A stretch of DNA of 64,000 bases from Antedon mediterranea. Taxonomy: Eukaryota; Animalia; Echinodermata. The stretch spans positions 21,407,365-21,471,364 of the forward strand of contig NC_092678.1 in the NCBI RefSeq assembly GCF_964355755.1. Reading direction: 5' to 3'. Within the stretch, counting starts at the first letter, position 1. Every line of letters begins with the position of its first letter. Below, piece after piece: positions 15,176 to 27,666 of the stretch. A program made the position numbers and the translations under genes. Below the pieces are notes generated by a model. The model was not told the DNA's origin and did not search any database. It was given only the letters and a program-made list of their open reading frames with translations.

Positions 15176-15843
15176 TATCTGTATTGAGTAAAAAAGTTGT
15201 TATAATAGAGGGCTCAAACAAACCGCCGGAGACATCTTCAAACCAACATTTTTATAATAGATAGATACAATAAGAATGATTACATAACCTAACTAAACGA
15301 AATTAATTTATTTGTGTAGCTATAACGTTACTGTGACGTAAAACCAATCGCAGAGTTTTAGCGAACTTTTTTTTCAGCAGAGAAAGACAATAGTTAAAAA
15401 TTGGCTGTGGTTTAAAATTGTTACTTTAAAATGAGGTCACTTACAACAAGTTCAAGTTCAAGTTCAAGTTTCAAGTTCAACAATAGCACCCAAATAAGGA
15501 TGTGACTCGAAGGTTGCTATTAGAAGACGTGATAGGCTCAAGCTTTGAATAAGCCATTTTGTACCTTTAACAAAATTATACACTTTCGCCGAAACAAATA
15601 ATGATAAACAGTAAGAGTTCAGAACAGTCTTCCTGTCACACAATGGGATTTCTCCCAGTTTACTCATTTCTTTCTTAAATTTACCGATCAGGTAATAATT
15701 TCTTTTTTAAAAGGTGCCAGTAAAGGTAAAACTTATATTCTTTTTAGTCTGTCGAAGGACAATTTTTTTAAATTGAATTTACGATACGATAGTACTTTTA
15801 TTGTCATTTTATTTTACAACAATGTACAAATGAAAGGCTTTAC

Positions 15844-16686
15844 CTTATTTTGTTCGAGTTCAAAACTTTTCAAATATTCAACTTCCTTTGTTGAAAATAA
15901 GGATCGTCAACTGGGTCGTCATAAATGAAAGCTATGCATACTATTGCCAAAAGAGCACAAAGAGATTCACCTACAACAAGAATGCAATGGTTGCTTAGAA
16001 GGTGGTTGACGAGGTAATTGTTTTGTATCTATAAGCTTTCATTACAATTTATTTAACAAAAACATTCAAAGCAAGTAGGCCTACATAACAATAACCAGCC
16101 TACGAATGACTGATTTGGTAGAATTGCCAAAGTTGTCTTTAAGCCGATTTTCCACTAGGCGAATTTGTTCGCGCGAATCGAACGCGCCAGCTTGTACGCA
16201 TGTGTATTCATGTTTACGTCTTCCAAATCCTTCTCTACGCATGCGTATTAGCTGACGCCTTCGATTCGCGCGAACAAATTCGCCTAGTGGAAAATCGGCT
16301 TTATGTAGGCCTAAACCTAATTGAAATAATATTGTATAACTTGCTTTGTAGGAGTTATTATACTTTTCTTTCTATTTACCGTTCTTTCTTTCTGTTCTGT
16401 TAACCTGCTTGAGAAATGACTGTCCACTCTACTATCATTTTTTAACAGTTACTGACAAATAGTCTTTTCATGTTTGGCGTTTTTCTATAGATTATGAAAC
16501 TATAGATGGATAGATGAAACATACGTATACTGTAGTGGCATTAGTGAACATTATACATTTATTCAGTAGTAGGCCTAATAGTACTTTTATAGGTGTGTAT
16601 TATTAATATGTATAATATGATGTCGCCCATCCACCTAAACTGGGAGAAGTAGATAAGGGTAACAGCAAACTTCAGCTATGCACAAA
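15844..16686 (-). pseudogene. SLC17 relic 0: exon 5 and damaged exon 4 of a copy-C-type gene
   Basis: 15844-15970 matches exon 5 of copy C (44873-45000). 16610-16686 matches exon 4 with an internal deletion (GGGAGAAGTAG^ATAAGGG). Flanking intron sequence from ~15540 matches ~44420-44700. Confidence 0.8.
16142..16300. mobile_element. PIF/Harbinger-type MITE
   Basis: Perfect ~41-bp TIR AGCCGATTTTCCACTAGGCGAATTTGTTCGCGCGAATCGAA, with TTA on both sides; absent from the homologous intron of copy C (~45100). Confidence 0.85.
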
Positions 16687-16719
16687 CAGTCTACCTGTCT
16701 GGCTAAGCTTTAAGAATTT

Positions 16720-17245
16720 ATTTAGAAGGTGATCGGGATCTTGACGAATTTTATTGACAGTTTTTATGATGTTCTTTCATGAAGTGAAATAAGAGGTTCA
16801 AGGCTAATGAGGAATCATTTACACCACTCCGTTCTTCAGCACTTTCAAGCTCTCATATGAGAGCTGACTTGTACAGTTTTTCACAGGAGCTCGAGTGAAA
16901 CAGTCTACCCATCCTACCATCAAAATAAGAAGACAAAAGATGTGGCAGATCATTCCAAAGACCAACAGATGAAAAGATAAATGAGCTGTTGCCATAGAAA
17001 ACAGTGGCGGATTTTAAAACATTAACTTAGGACAATATGGTGTGATAAGCTCATCTATGTAGTATAACGAAGTTGAGTTCAAACTCTTGTAATATAGTCA
17101 ACAGACTCTTTAAATTAATTCTTTCTTGGATAGAAAGCCAGTGGAGATCTTTGAGGATTAGAGTTATATTGGCAAATGCTTTTTGTCCTAGTGAAAAAGG
17201 TGCAGCAGTATTCTGAGCTGAATCAGTTGTAGTTTTGTGATTTCA
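16720..17245 (-). mobile_element. L2/CR1-type LINE 3' fragment (cassette A)
   Basis: Minus-strand translation gives NITLILKDLHWLSIQERINLK and VGLWNDLP, resembling the C-terminal HITP.L..LHWLP...RI.FK and LWN.LP motifs of L2/CR1 ORF2; degenerate. Confidence 0.7.
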
Positions 17246-19443
17246 GGACAACCTTATTGAGAGGACACTACTATTTTGAGGACATCCTTCTTGAGGGGAC
17301 ACTCCTATTCTTAGGAAATCCTTATTGAGGGGACATTCCTATTCTGAGGGCATCATTGTTGAGGGGACATTCCTATTCTGAGGACATCCTTGTTGAGGGG
17401 ACACTCCTATTATGAGGACATCTTTATTGAGGGGACACTCCTATTCTGAGGACATCCTTATTGAGGGACAATTCTATTCTAAGGACATCCTTATTGAGAG
17501 GACATACCTATTTTGAGGACATCCTTGTTGAGGGGACACTCCTATTCTGAGGACATCCTTATTGAAGGGACACTCCTATTCTGAGGACATCCTTATTGAG
17601 AGGACACTCCTATTTTGATGACATCCTTGTTGAGGGAATATTCCTATTCTGAGGACATCATTATTGAGGGGACATTCCTATTCTGAGGACATCCTTGTTG
17701 AGGGGACACTCCTATCCTGAGGACATCCTTGTTGAGTGGACACTCCTATTCTGAGGACATCCTTATTGAGGGGACACTCCTATTATGATGACATCCTTAT
17801 TGAGGGGACATTCCTATTCTGAGGACATCCTTGTTGAGGGGACATTTCTATTATGAGGACATCCTTGTTGAGGGGACACTCCTATTCTGAAGACTTCCTT
17901 ATTGAGGGGACACTCCTATTCTGAGGATATCCTTATTGAGGGACAATCCTATTCTAAGGACATCCTTATTGAGAGGACATTTCTATCCTGAGGACATCCT
18001 TGTTGAGGGGACATTCCTATTCTGAGGACATCCTTGTTGAGGGGACATTCCTATTATGAGGACATCCTTGTTGAGGGGACACTCCTATTCTGAAGACTTC
18101 CTTATTGAGGGGACACTCCTATTCTGAGGACATCGTTATTGAAGGAACACTCCTATTCTGAGGACATCCTTATTGAGAGGACACTCCTATTTTGAGGACA
18201 TCCTTGTTGAGGGAATACTCCTATTCTGAGGACATCATTATTGATGGGACATTCCTATTCTAAGGACATCCTTGTTAAGGGGACACTCCTATCCTGAGGA
18301 CATCCTTGTTGAGTGGACACTCCTATTCTGAGGACATTCTTATTGAGGGGACACTCCTATTATGAGGACATCCTTATTGAGGGGACATTCCTATTCTGAG
18401 GACATCCTTGTTGAGGGGACATTCCTATTATGAGGACATCCTTGTTGAGGGGACACTCCTATTCTGAAGACTTTCTTATTGAGGGGACACTCCTATTCTG
18501 AGGACATCCTTATTGAGGGACAATCCTATTCTGAGGACATCCTTATTGAGAGGACACTCATATTCTGAAGACTTCCTTATTGAGGGGACACTCCTATTCA
18601 GAGGACATCCTTATTGAGGGACAATCCTATTCTGAGGACATCCTTATTGAGAGGACATTCCTTTTCTTAGTACATCCTTGTTGAGAGGACATTCCTTTTC
18701 TGAGGACATCCTTGTTGAGAGGACATTCCTATTATGAGGACATCCTTATTAAGGGGACACTCCTATTCTGAGGACATCCTTATTGAGGGACAATCCTATT
18801 CTAAGGACATCCTTATTGAGAGGACATTCCTTTTCTTAGTACATCCTTGTTAAGAGGACACTCCTATTGTGAGGACATCCTTATTAAGGGGACACTCCTA
18901 TTCTGAGGACATCCTTATTGAGGGGACACTCCTATTCTGAGGACATCCTTATTGAGGGACATTCCTTTTCTTAGTACATCCTTATTGAGAGGACATTCTT
19001 TTTCTTAGTACATTCTTGTTAAGAGGACACTCCTATTGTGAGGACATCCTTATTAAGGGGACACTCCTATTCTGAGGACATCCTTATTGAGGGACAATCC
19101 TATTCTGAGGCCATCCTTATTGAGAGGACATTCCTTTTCTTAGTACATCCTTGTTGAGAGGACACTCCTATTCTGAGGACATCCTTATTAAGGGGACACT
19201 CTTATTCTGAGGACATCCTTATTGAGGGACAATCCTATTCTAAGGACATCCTTATTGAGAGAACATTCCCTTTCTTAGTACATCCTTATTGAGAGGAAAT
19301 TCCTTTTCTTAGTACATCCTTGTTGAGAGGACACTCCTATTCTGAGGACATCCTTATTAAGGGGACATTCCTATTCTGAGGATATCTTTATTGAGGAGCC
19401 GGGACACAGCTATTCTGAGAACATCTTTATTGACAGTCTTATT
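17245..19443. repeat. 34-bp minisatellite array A (~64 units)
   Basis: Consensus TGAGGACATCCTTATTGAGGGGACACTCCTATTC; period 34 bp (e.g. 17401 to 17435); no unique spacers. Confidence 0.97.
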
Positions 19444-20052
19444 CAAAAGACACTTTCAGGTTAAATAAACGAAGGCCAATCTATATTAAGGAGATACTTT
19501 GAGTGGTCTTAATATGAGTTCTACTGTATGTTTAAATGACGCCACTAAAGATAATTAAAATATAGTTTTATTTCGAAATTAGTTATCGAAGCGTGGTAGT
19601 CTGAAGGCGATTTAAAATATTTAGTGTTGTCAGTAATGTCAATCTTCTCTGGTGTTGTCCACCATACTGTAACAGCCGCTCAATATAATCTCTTTCTTCC
19701 TTATATCTTTACTCTCATTAAAAGTTAATACTAACAAACTTCATCAAAAATAAATAAATTGTTATCTCGTCACAATTTATATACAAAGTTATTAAACATA
19801 ACTAACAAAAGAAATTAGCAACAAAACATATTACAACATTATTTTATTTATTTATGTCTTTTCCTCTTTTAACAAACATTACAAGATTAAATAAGACAAT
19901 TATAATATATTATTCTATTTATAAATAATTAAAAAACAATAAATAAATAAATAATGTAAATACATTGTATACATCTTTCCTTTTTAAAAATCGAAAGCCA
20001 TGTCTCGGGTCCATTCTATTGATTTCTTCATCAGTACTTCTATGAATGAATT

Positions 20053-23000
20053 TTAGTCACCACTTTCACCGTGTATAGTGTTGTATGATTTCATCTCTTG
20101 TTTTGTAATATTTCCATGTGACCATTCTTGTTGCTCTGCTTTTGCAAATATTAGAAAGAAAATCATTGCAAAAATATGGAAAGCAGCAATTATTCTAAAC
20201 ATCAAAGACCACTGATTGGCTGTATTCTGAAAAAAAAAACCCCAAAAAACAACTCAGATTTAAACAAGTAAACAGGACGCGTGATGAGGTGTTTTCAATC
20301 AAACTTAAAACTTACATCTTCTTCGATCAAAGCTCCAAGAATAAGTGGACCAGTAAAACCAACCGCAGCGGCTCCAGTTGTCACCATTCCTACGATTATT
20401 TGTGAGTGTTCCTTTGATATCTCCGTTATGTTTGTAAGTGTGCTCGTCGCATATATTCCTCCACAAGTAAACGCCACTGTAAGAAGTGTAACAGACGCGA
20501 CTGCATGGTTTTCAAAGTATCCAATGAAAAATAGACAAATAGCAGGTATTCCCATATCTACAAATAAGTCATGGAAATTCATTTTCATTAAAAAAAATTA
20601 AAACAGGAGATAGTTAATAAATGTAAATGTAATCGTCCACAAAATGAAAGAAGCAGTCACAATTTAAGAATGCATTTAATAATTTTAAAAACCCCCACAA
20701 AATAAACAATTTTTCTTACGTAAAATCATAAAAAACTTTCTAGTATTCAGAACATTCAGGTATTCCCGCCGAATGATGACGTCAGCAGCCACACCAGACA
20801 GCAGCGTAACTATGAATTCTAGAATTGGTGGAATTGATGTTAAAATTGCGATCTAGAAATACAGAAAAAAAGTATTATACGCCTATTCCTATGTTATATT
20901 CTATGTTTCTAGAAATATTTAGGTTATTTTATTATTAATTCATTCCTTATTATTCACGGTTTCTGCCTTAAAACATTGGAAAAATAATACTTCTGCTCTC
21001 TTCATTGGTCGTGTTTCTGCAGCCAAAACAAAATTATCGGTTAATGTCCTAATAGTGTGCGCATGATCAGTCATTACCGAACAACCAGATGTCCAATCAC
21101 ATTATTGCAACAAATGTTCTTTCATGCCAAAGGTTTAAAATGATCCCATTTATCCCATTATTATCCGATTTGAATGAGATAATTATCGGTTAATTTTTCT
21201 GGAGTGAAATCTGTTAAACCCCGTTTCCAAAGGCAGTTTATCGGTTAGTTTGTGGCTGCGGACACACAGCCTTTGACATATTTTTTTTCAATATATATTT
21301 TTTAGATATTTTTCCAGTGATTTTTTTCACTCCGCCACCATAAAATGAGTGGACACAACAAGCGCAGTTCATATAATCTATCGCTTGTGATTGGTCAAAT
21401 CAATTGCGTCGCGCTAACATCCTTGGGTTGCGCGCGTCCCGATGTGAATGTGATGGTGCTAGTTACTCTTCTGTCACAGGATCATATATTGAAGTGTACT
21501 AGTGTGTTCACTGTTGGTATCTGATAGAACAACGTAAGAAAGCATTTGGTAAGGCAGTCCAGAGATAGGTTGTAAATTAGAAGGAGAGAGGTCGAATGTA
21601 TTGTAGTGCGATATCGCCATGGTGTTTTTAAAATCAAAGCCCTGTGTGTCGACAGCGCGCTGCGCGGACTTTTTGACAAAGTCAGCCCTCTATCAATAGG
21701 AGGCGAGAGTCTCAATTATACACAAACAAACACATATACTTTTAACATGCGCAGTGCTATCTTTTGTGATATAATAGTTGCGCAATCAAAATGTTTGCTT
21801 CCCGCTTAAAAATCCCTAAATGTTGATACCAAACTCGTTTACATATGACATTTTATTTTTATTTTTATACCTAGATGCTTGAACGACGTTAACAGGTATA
21901 TTGCTGTTTGGAAAAACATGGAATAAATAAAATAAAAAGAGTTTTCCTTACCTTTGTTGGATCAAATCCAAATATCAATAACAAAATGGGTCCTTCAGTA
22001 AGAATAAAGGTAAAATTGAGAGTGTACGCCATGTAAGCAAACATGATAGACCACACTGCAGTTGATGTCAACATATCATACCATGGAACCGGTATGTCCT
22101 GATTAAAAAAACGTTTGAATTTAAAATGTGTTTATCACAGAATGATCAATGATTTAACTCAACTATAGATTAATGAATATTCATTAACACATGACTCAAC
22201 AGACGTTGATTACAAACATGTCAGCTTGACTCCTCCCATTATAATACCTTATTAGAGTCTTTAACTTCAAAACTTTTCAAATATTCGAGTTGCTGTGTTG
22301 AAATATATGGATCGTCAACAGGATTATCAAAAACGAAAGCTATGAATATTATTGATAATAAACCACTAATGGTACCTAAAACGAAGAAGAAATGGTTGCT
22401 TATTATGCGAAAATGCATAGGGGAGGGAGGGGCTAAAAGTCACAGGGGTAAGTTGTCACAGTGCTTTTTCAACCCTTTAAAGAAATGGAATGTTCCAGTT
22501 AGTGACCTGATTTGTGACCCCTTACTGTGCACTTCACACATACCGAAGACCAAGACAAAACTATTTCTAGATTTCATGTACTAAAAACACCCCATTTTTT
22601 GGCCTATAGATCAACTTTTTGTATTTCTACTAAAAACGGTATGTATGCATATCATTGTGGTTTACAAAGGAGAAATTTATGTTATAATGTAGTTGAATAT
22701 CAGTGCTAAACAATGTACAAGTATGGTCGCTTGATTACCACGGATTACGTGTAACGAGTGGGTTTTCTATAAAATATGGTAGTGGGGCAAGTTGTCACAG
22801 GTTGTGACAACTTTCCCCTAAACATTTTATTTTAGTGTTTTATCTATCCCAGTCCTACGGCCTAAGAAACGTTCCCTAGTCATATACACTCTCTTATAGA
22901 CTATTTACTATTTTAGGCCTCTATTACTGTCGTATAAATAAATAAACTGCTAGATAGGCCTATTCTTGCTTTGTAGGCCTTAATCATTTTGTTTTCTTGT

Positions 23001-26000
23001 CAATTGGATATAGGGACCCCTAATAATCGAGAAAACACAATGTTTATATTATTTTTTTCTATTTTATTCATATGGTACGCAATTAAAAGCGTAAAAAAAA
23101 GTTTTAGATGAACATCAGAACCAAAGAAGAAGAATAAACCTAGTTCAAAAGATAAAGTGCACAAGAAAGAAATTGGATGTGTTTGTAGGCCTACTGCAAA
23201 GAAGATTATTCCGTGTCAGTTTCAGGAGGAATCTGGATCATGTTCTCTGTCTGTGAAGAATAGGCTCATGAAGATTGTGCTGTATCAATGAATCAGATGC
23301 AGACTTCACATGTGAATTATGTTGCTAGCTAGATTTTATTTAAAGTGACATTGTAGATAAATGTATTGCGGACTCTCTGCAACAGGACTATAAATAGACC
23401 TATATCGATTACAACATACTTTAATACTTATTATTATTGTTTTTAATACATTATTCATCATCTAAACTCACTAACTTATGTATAAACACACTTTCTATAA
23501 ATAAATAAGTTTTAAGCAGATCTTTTATGCATATTGTCTTATTTTTAACGATGTGACAAAGTGCCCCACTGCATGTGACAACTTGCCCCATGTACGGGGC
23601 AAGTTGTCACATCTGACCCATTGGGGAAAAAGTGCTCCCCTGGGTCACGGTCAAGAGTATTTTCACAATCAATGGTCCCCTTATATAGACCATACCCTAG
23701 GCTATATTTGAAGGTACAAACTAAGTTAATTTAGCCTAAAACTTAATATTTAGAGGAGATTAGAATGAATTTGTGACTTTTAGCCCCTATCTCCCCTATA
23801 TTAATATACATCAAAATATTAATGATCATTTAAATATTTCTAAAGAAAGTATGTTTGGGTTTGATTAGTCACATTCAGAAGAAACACGCTTATTATTATT
23901 ATTGTAAAGTGGAACCAGAAACAATCTCTCAACTGTAGGCCTAAGTATTTACTTTACCAAAAATACAAAAAGAATATTATTTGCGAACTGACGAGATAGT
24001 TTAGGAGTATGTTTTAGTTCAAAAGCCAATTCAATTTTATTTAATCAACAATAATCATTTGCAGTATAATATATGCGATAGTTTTTTCTGTTATCTTGTT
24101 AATGTGTTTACATTTTATTTAACCCGGCTCACTAAAGTACTGTCCTATTCTCTTTATTCTCTTTAAATAGTGTTTATATTATTATTATTAATATTGTTAG
24201 GTTAAACTCACTGAAAGTATAATATGACGTTGGCCATCCTCCTAAACTGGGAGAAGTAGAAATCCACATAGATAAAGGATAACAGAAAACTTCAGCTATG
24301 CTCGTGCCTTTAGAAAACAAAGTAAACAACATAGAGTTTCCAAACGTTAAACATTTTTCCAGTAGCTTTAAGCTTGATTCCCACAAGTGACCAAATCATA
24401 AGCGACAGTTTGGATGACCTATCGTGTCGTGATTGGTCAAAGTTACTTACGATGTACTATTAAGTCCATAATCAGGTTAAAAGATGTCATAAAATAGGGT
24501 CCCGTGTGCAATTTGTGGTGAAAGTTGGCAACTTGTCTAAATATCTTTAGTGGGTCAAAATAAACCAGAAAAACGTTGTTGCCCCACACGGAATACCTCT
24601 TTTAACCTGACTACCAAGCATTATGTTCAACAAAGAAGAAAATTTGCTTTCTTAAGCTCTGTCTAAACTATCAAACTGTAATAATAGTGTAGACAGAGCT
24701 TTAGATATTAACTATAAAAACACGCAAAAAACACTTTTTCTTGTACACAATTACTTACCAGAATATGCAATAGATAATAATGTACTCCGTTCAGACGGAA
24801 CAATCCATTTTTTTAAAGTGATATAAACCGCCGGCATGATTAATCCCTAGAAATATAAATAATTTTTATAACGGTTGAAAAAAAACCACGTAATACCGTT
24901 TAAACGACGTATTACCGTTACGCAGCACAATTTTGTCTTTTTGGTTGTTTGTTGCGTAACGTACATTTTTACGCCCTATCAATAGTAGCAATAACGTATG
25001 CGTAACAAAGGTTGTTAACCAATGACAAGCGAGAGTTTGGGAAATCCAGAGCGCGCGTGTCACTTGGTCAAATTAATTGCGTTGCGCTTACGTACTTGCG
25101 CTGCGTCCTAGTGGGAACCAAATTGTAACGTTATGGCGTTAAGTTTGTATAAGTGTAAATAGTATCGTTGTATACGCAACACATCCTATAGTCAATAGCC
25201 AATGGTATTGGCCGCCCATTGAAAAAAAAAACAATCGTTTCTCCATACAGTGCAACATAATTGAACTGCCAATAAAGACACTAACTTCTACGACGCCTTG
25301 TAAAACCCGTACGATGGTCAAAAGACTGGTTCCAACGCCGGCAGCCCAAGGTATCATGGCAGACAGTAAACCTTGCAACAGAAGAACTATTACAATTGAT
25401 CGTTTTCCGCCAATTTTACCAGCCAACCAACCGCTCGGCAGTCCGCTTATTATATAACCGTAATAAAATGATCCAAGTATATGTTGTTGGGTTTGGTCGT
25501 CCCAATCAAAAGTTGGTATCTATAAAGCAAAATCGTATACATAGAACAGCACATAATGTGTACAAAGTGTTTTAAAATAATAATTTCCCCGAGATTTAGA
25601 CTTTTTGTTCCACTCCATGTTTATTAACTTTGACCTAAAGTAAATAAATGCCCATTCCCTATTTGTGACGTTTTGAAAAAATAATGCATATATATTACTT
25701 TAAAAAACATTAAACCAGGTCATTCCTTGTCTTAACTGTACGTTTTATGGTAAATTACGATAAAAAAAGAGAAACAATGCACGCGGTGAATTTCCTCTCG
25801 TGGACGGTCTTTAGGCCTCCTAGCTAGGCTTAGTTTTGTTTTGTAAGCCTAGCTGGTAAACATCGTTAACGTACGAACACCGTACGCTAGCTATAGGCTA
25901 AAATACCAATTCGCGCGGGCCGCTACAATTATTAGAATCGACTTATTTTTCACATTTTTAAAGATGTATTTTATTTTGAAACACACAAAAATGAAAGTCA

Positions 26001-26882
26001 AAATACACACAATTTTAATTGGCCATATCAAAGTAATATTAAAGTTATTCACTTTAAGTCAAAAAATTCGAGACAAAAACAACAATTTTACGTAATTAAT
26101 AGCTAATAATTTGATTACATTTCGTCTGGAAAACAAAGTAAACAAGGATTTCAAACCATGAGTATACATTATGCATGATGCTAATTAGGATTGTTGACAA
26201 CTTGTCATGGCTGAGAAGGTGTTTTCACACAGATCGCGAGAAAGTTTTATGATTATGCATACAGAGTAGCCAAATATCCGCATTGCATTATGAGATAGGC
26301 CTATGTTTTGATCGAAAACTTTGACTTGAAGTCAAAGTTATTTTTTAACCAAAAAACGTCTGTTTTTCAGTTAAATGATTTTTTTTTCGACTATTTTTTG
26401 GTGAAAGTTAATAACTATTATAATACTTCAAAATGACCCACTTTTTTTCGAAATCTTTTTATTTTTATTTTTTTGGAATTTGACAAAGGGACAATACATC
26501 TTTAACCGTTTAAAGACGAAAACACTTATCTCAATAGGATCACAGTATTTATTTTTACATTGTATGTTGTTTGTGACCCTAATTAGATCTAAAAAACGTA
26601 GAGAATGGGACTTTAAGACTAATGTAACGATTGTTGTATCCGTTACTATATATTCTATAGTCTCGGCAGGATGTCAAACAGTCACAGAATATACAAACAA
26701 TAACTTACCGAATGTGTTGCACTGTCATCTGAAATCGTCGTCGCATTATGATTTGAGTTCTGTTCTTCTGTGGCATTCCATTTGTTTACCATGCTTATAA
26801 TGGTAATGTTTATGTTCAATCTGGTACAGTAAACACAAATCCATGCAAAGCAGCACATTACTGCTACAAAATATCGTTTCAT
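20053..26882 (-). CDS. SLC17-family (sialin/VGLUT-like) MFS anion transporter, copy A, 9 exons, 471 aa
   Basis: GT-AG exons 26882-26709, 25519-25286, 24846-24759, 24307-24212, 22375-22248, 22098-21952, 20852-20720, 20557-20316 and 20226-20053 total 1416 nt in frame. SLC17 motifs: RY..., YCTRLN, FDWD..TQ..ILGSFYYGY, RVLQG..EG..MPA, W.VPSERS, GWP..YY, D.P...YIS, VPW, RK, QW..MF, AEQQEW. Confidence 0.93.
21007..21271. mobile_element. Small TIR element with TTATCGGTTAA repeats in SLC17 intron 6 (also ~35594-35870)
   Basis: Imperfect inverted ends GTGTTTCTGCAGCCAAAA / TGTGGCTGCGGACAC and repeated TTATCGGTTA. Confidence 0.5.
22420..23796 (+). mobile_element. Non-autonomous pogo/Fot1-like DNA transposon with a PHD-finger relic, in intron 4 of copy A only
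   Basis: TIR GGGGAG..AGGGGCTAAAAGTCACA; TA duplication confirmed by the empty site in copy B (~37014); GGGGCAAGTTGTCACA subterminal repeats; degenerate C..C...AHEDCA...FTCELC sequence at ~23174-23325. Confidence 0.85.
25962..26501. mobile_element. Kolobok-like MITE in intron 1 of copy A (orthologous insertion at 39758-40278 in copy B)
   Basis: TTAA|AGATGTATT...GGGACAATACATCT|TTAA; same family as 43568-44104 and the partial end near 12668. Confidence 0.8.
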
Positions 26883-27666
26883 TTTGGAAGTAATTCGTAT
26901 TCGTGTTGCCGATATATTCGGTTGAATTTAGGCCTATAAGGAATGCGGTTGGAGGGTCGCCTATTATTATTATTATTAGGCCCTAAGTAGTAGTAGTGAT
27001 CTAGCTTTATCTTTTAGTAATCCATTCTTCCGGATCACTAACTCATAAACAATGAAATCTTTGGATACCATTGTTGTACGTGACCTCACACCCCAGACAT
27101 TACATTTTGAAATGGGACAAAATAAAATATTATATTAATTTTGCGCGCGTTTCCGGCCGATATCAATATTTCAAAGTATTTAGCGTAGAAATGCAGTCTT
27201 TGTCATTGATTTTTGTTCTTTAAACTTTTGGTGATACATTCCTTTTTTTATGAACTTTAATTGCAAAATAACAACGCACATTGTGGTGGTGGGAGGGTGT
27301 GTACTTTTAAGAATTCAAAAAAATTTTTTATAAGAAATGACATTCAAATCACAATTTCTGTTTTTTTTTAGAATTAAATATAAGGACTTTTTCCCTTACT
27401 ATGAGTTATGTATGTTAAAATGCATACAAAGTTAATATCACTCATAAGCTAGATTAATATTTAGCTTAATTAATAATTAAAAATGTGTTTATTTGTATTT
27501 TACTTGTACCCTTTCCTGAATTCATTCATTCATTCTTTTCTTTTAGATAAATATCCACAGACATTTATTCTGAGAAATATCAGACTATAAAAACAAATTA
27601 TTTTACACACCATCTATATGGTACAATTTTGACTATTTAACAATGTTAGTGATTGTTCTAATTAAA

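Noticed and set aside
17245-19443. 34-bp repeat arrays as CRISPR (also 29071-30865 and 49393-50672)
   Set aside because: Units are contiguous with no unique spacers, there are no cas genes, and the context is eukaryotic and intron-rich.
20281-20601. Plus-strand ORFs at 20281, 34898, 61057, 11953, 12056, 52366 and 53048
   Set aside because: They are antisense shadows of minus-strand SLC17, plexin or transposase exons.
21472-21748. TGTCA...TGACA-bounded segment as a solo LTR, with a 77-aa ORF conserved in A and B
   Set aside because: No target-site duplication is visible, and the ORF conservation is explained by the recent cassette duplication.
26883-27071. In-frame upstream ATG extending the copy-A N-terminus
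   Set aside because: An in-frame TAA occurs after 31 codons, and the equivalent ATG is out of frame in copy B.
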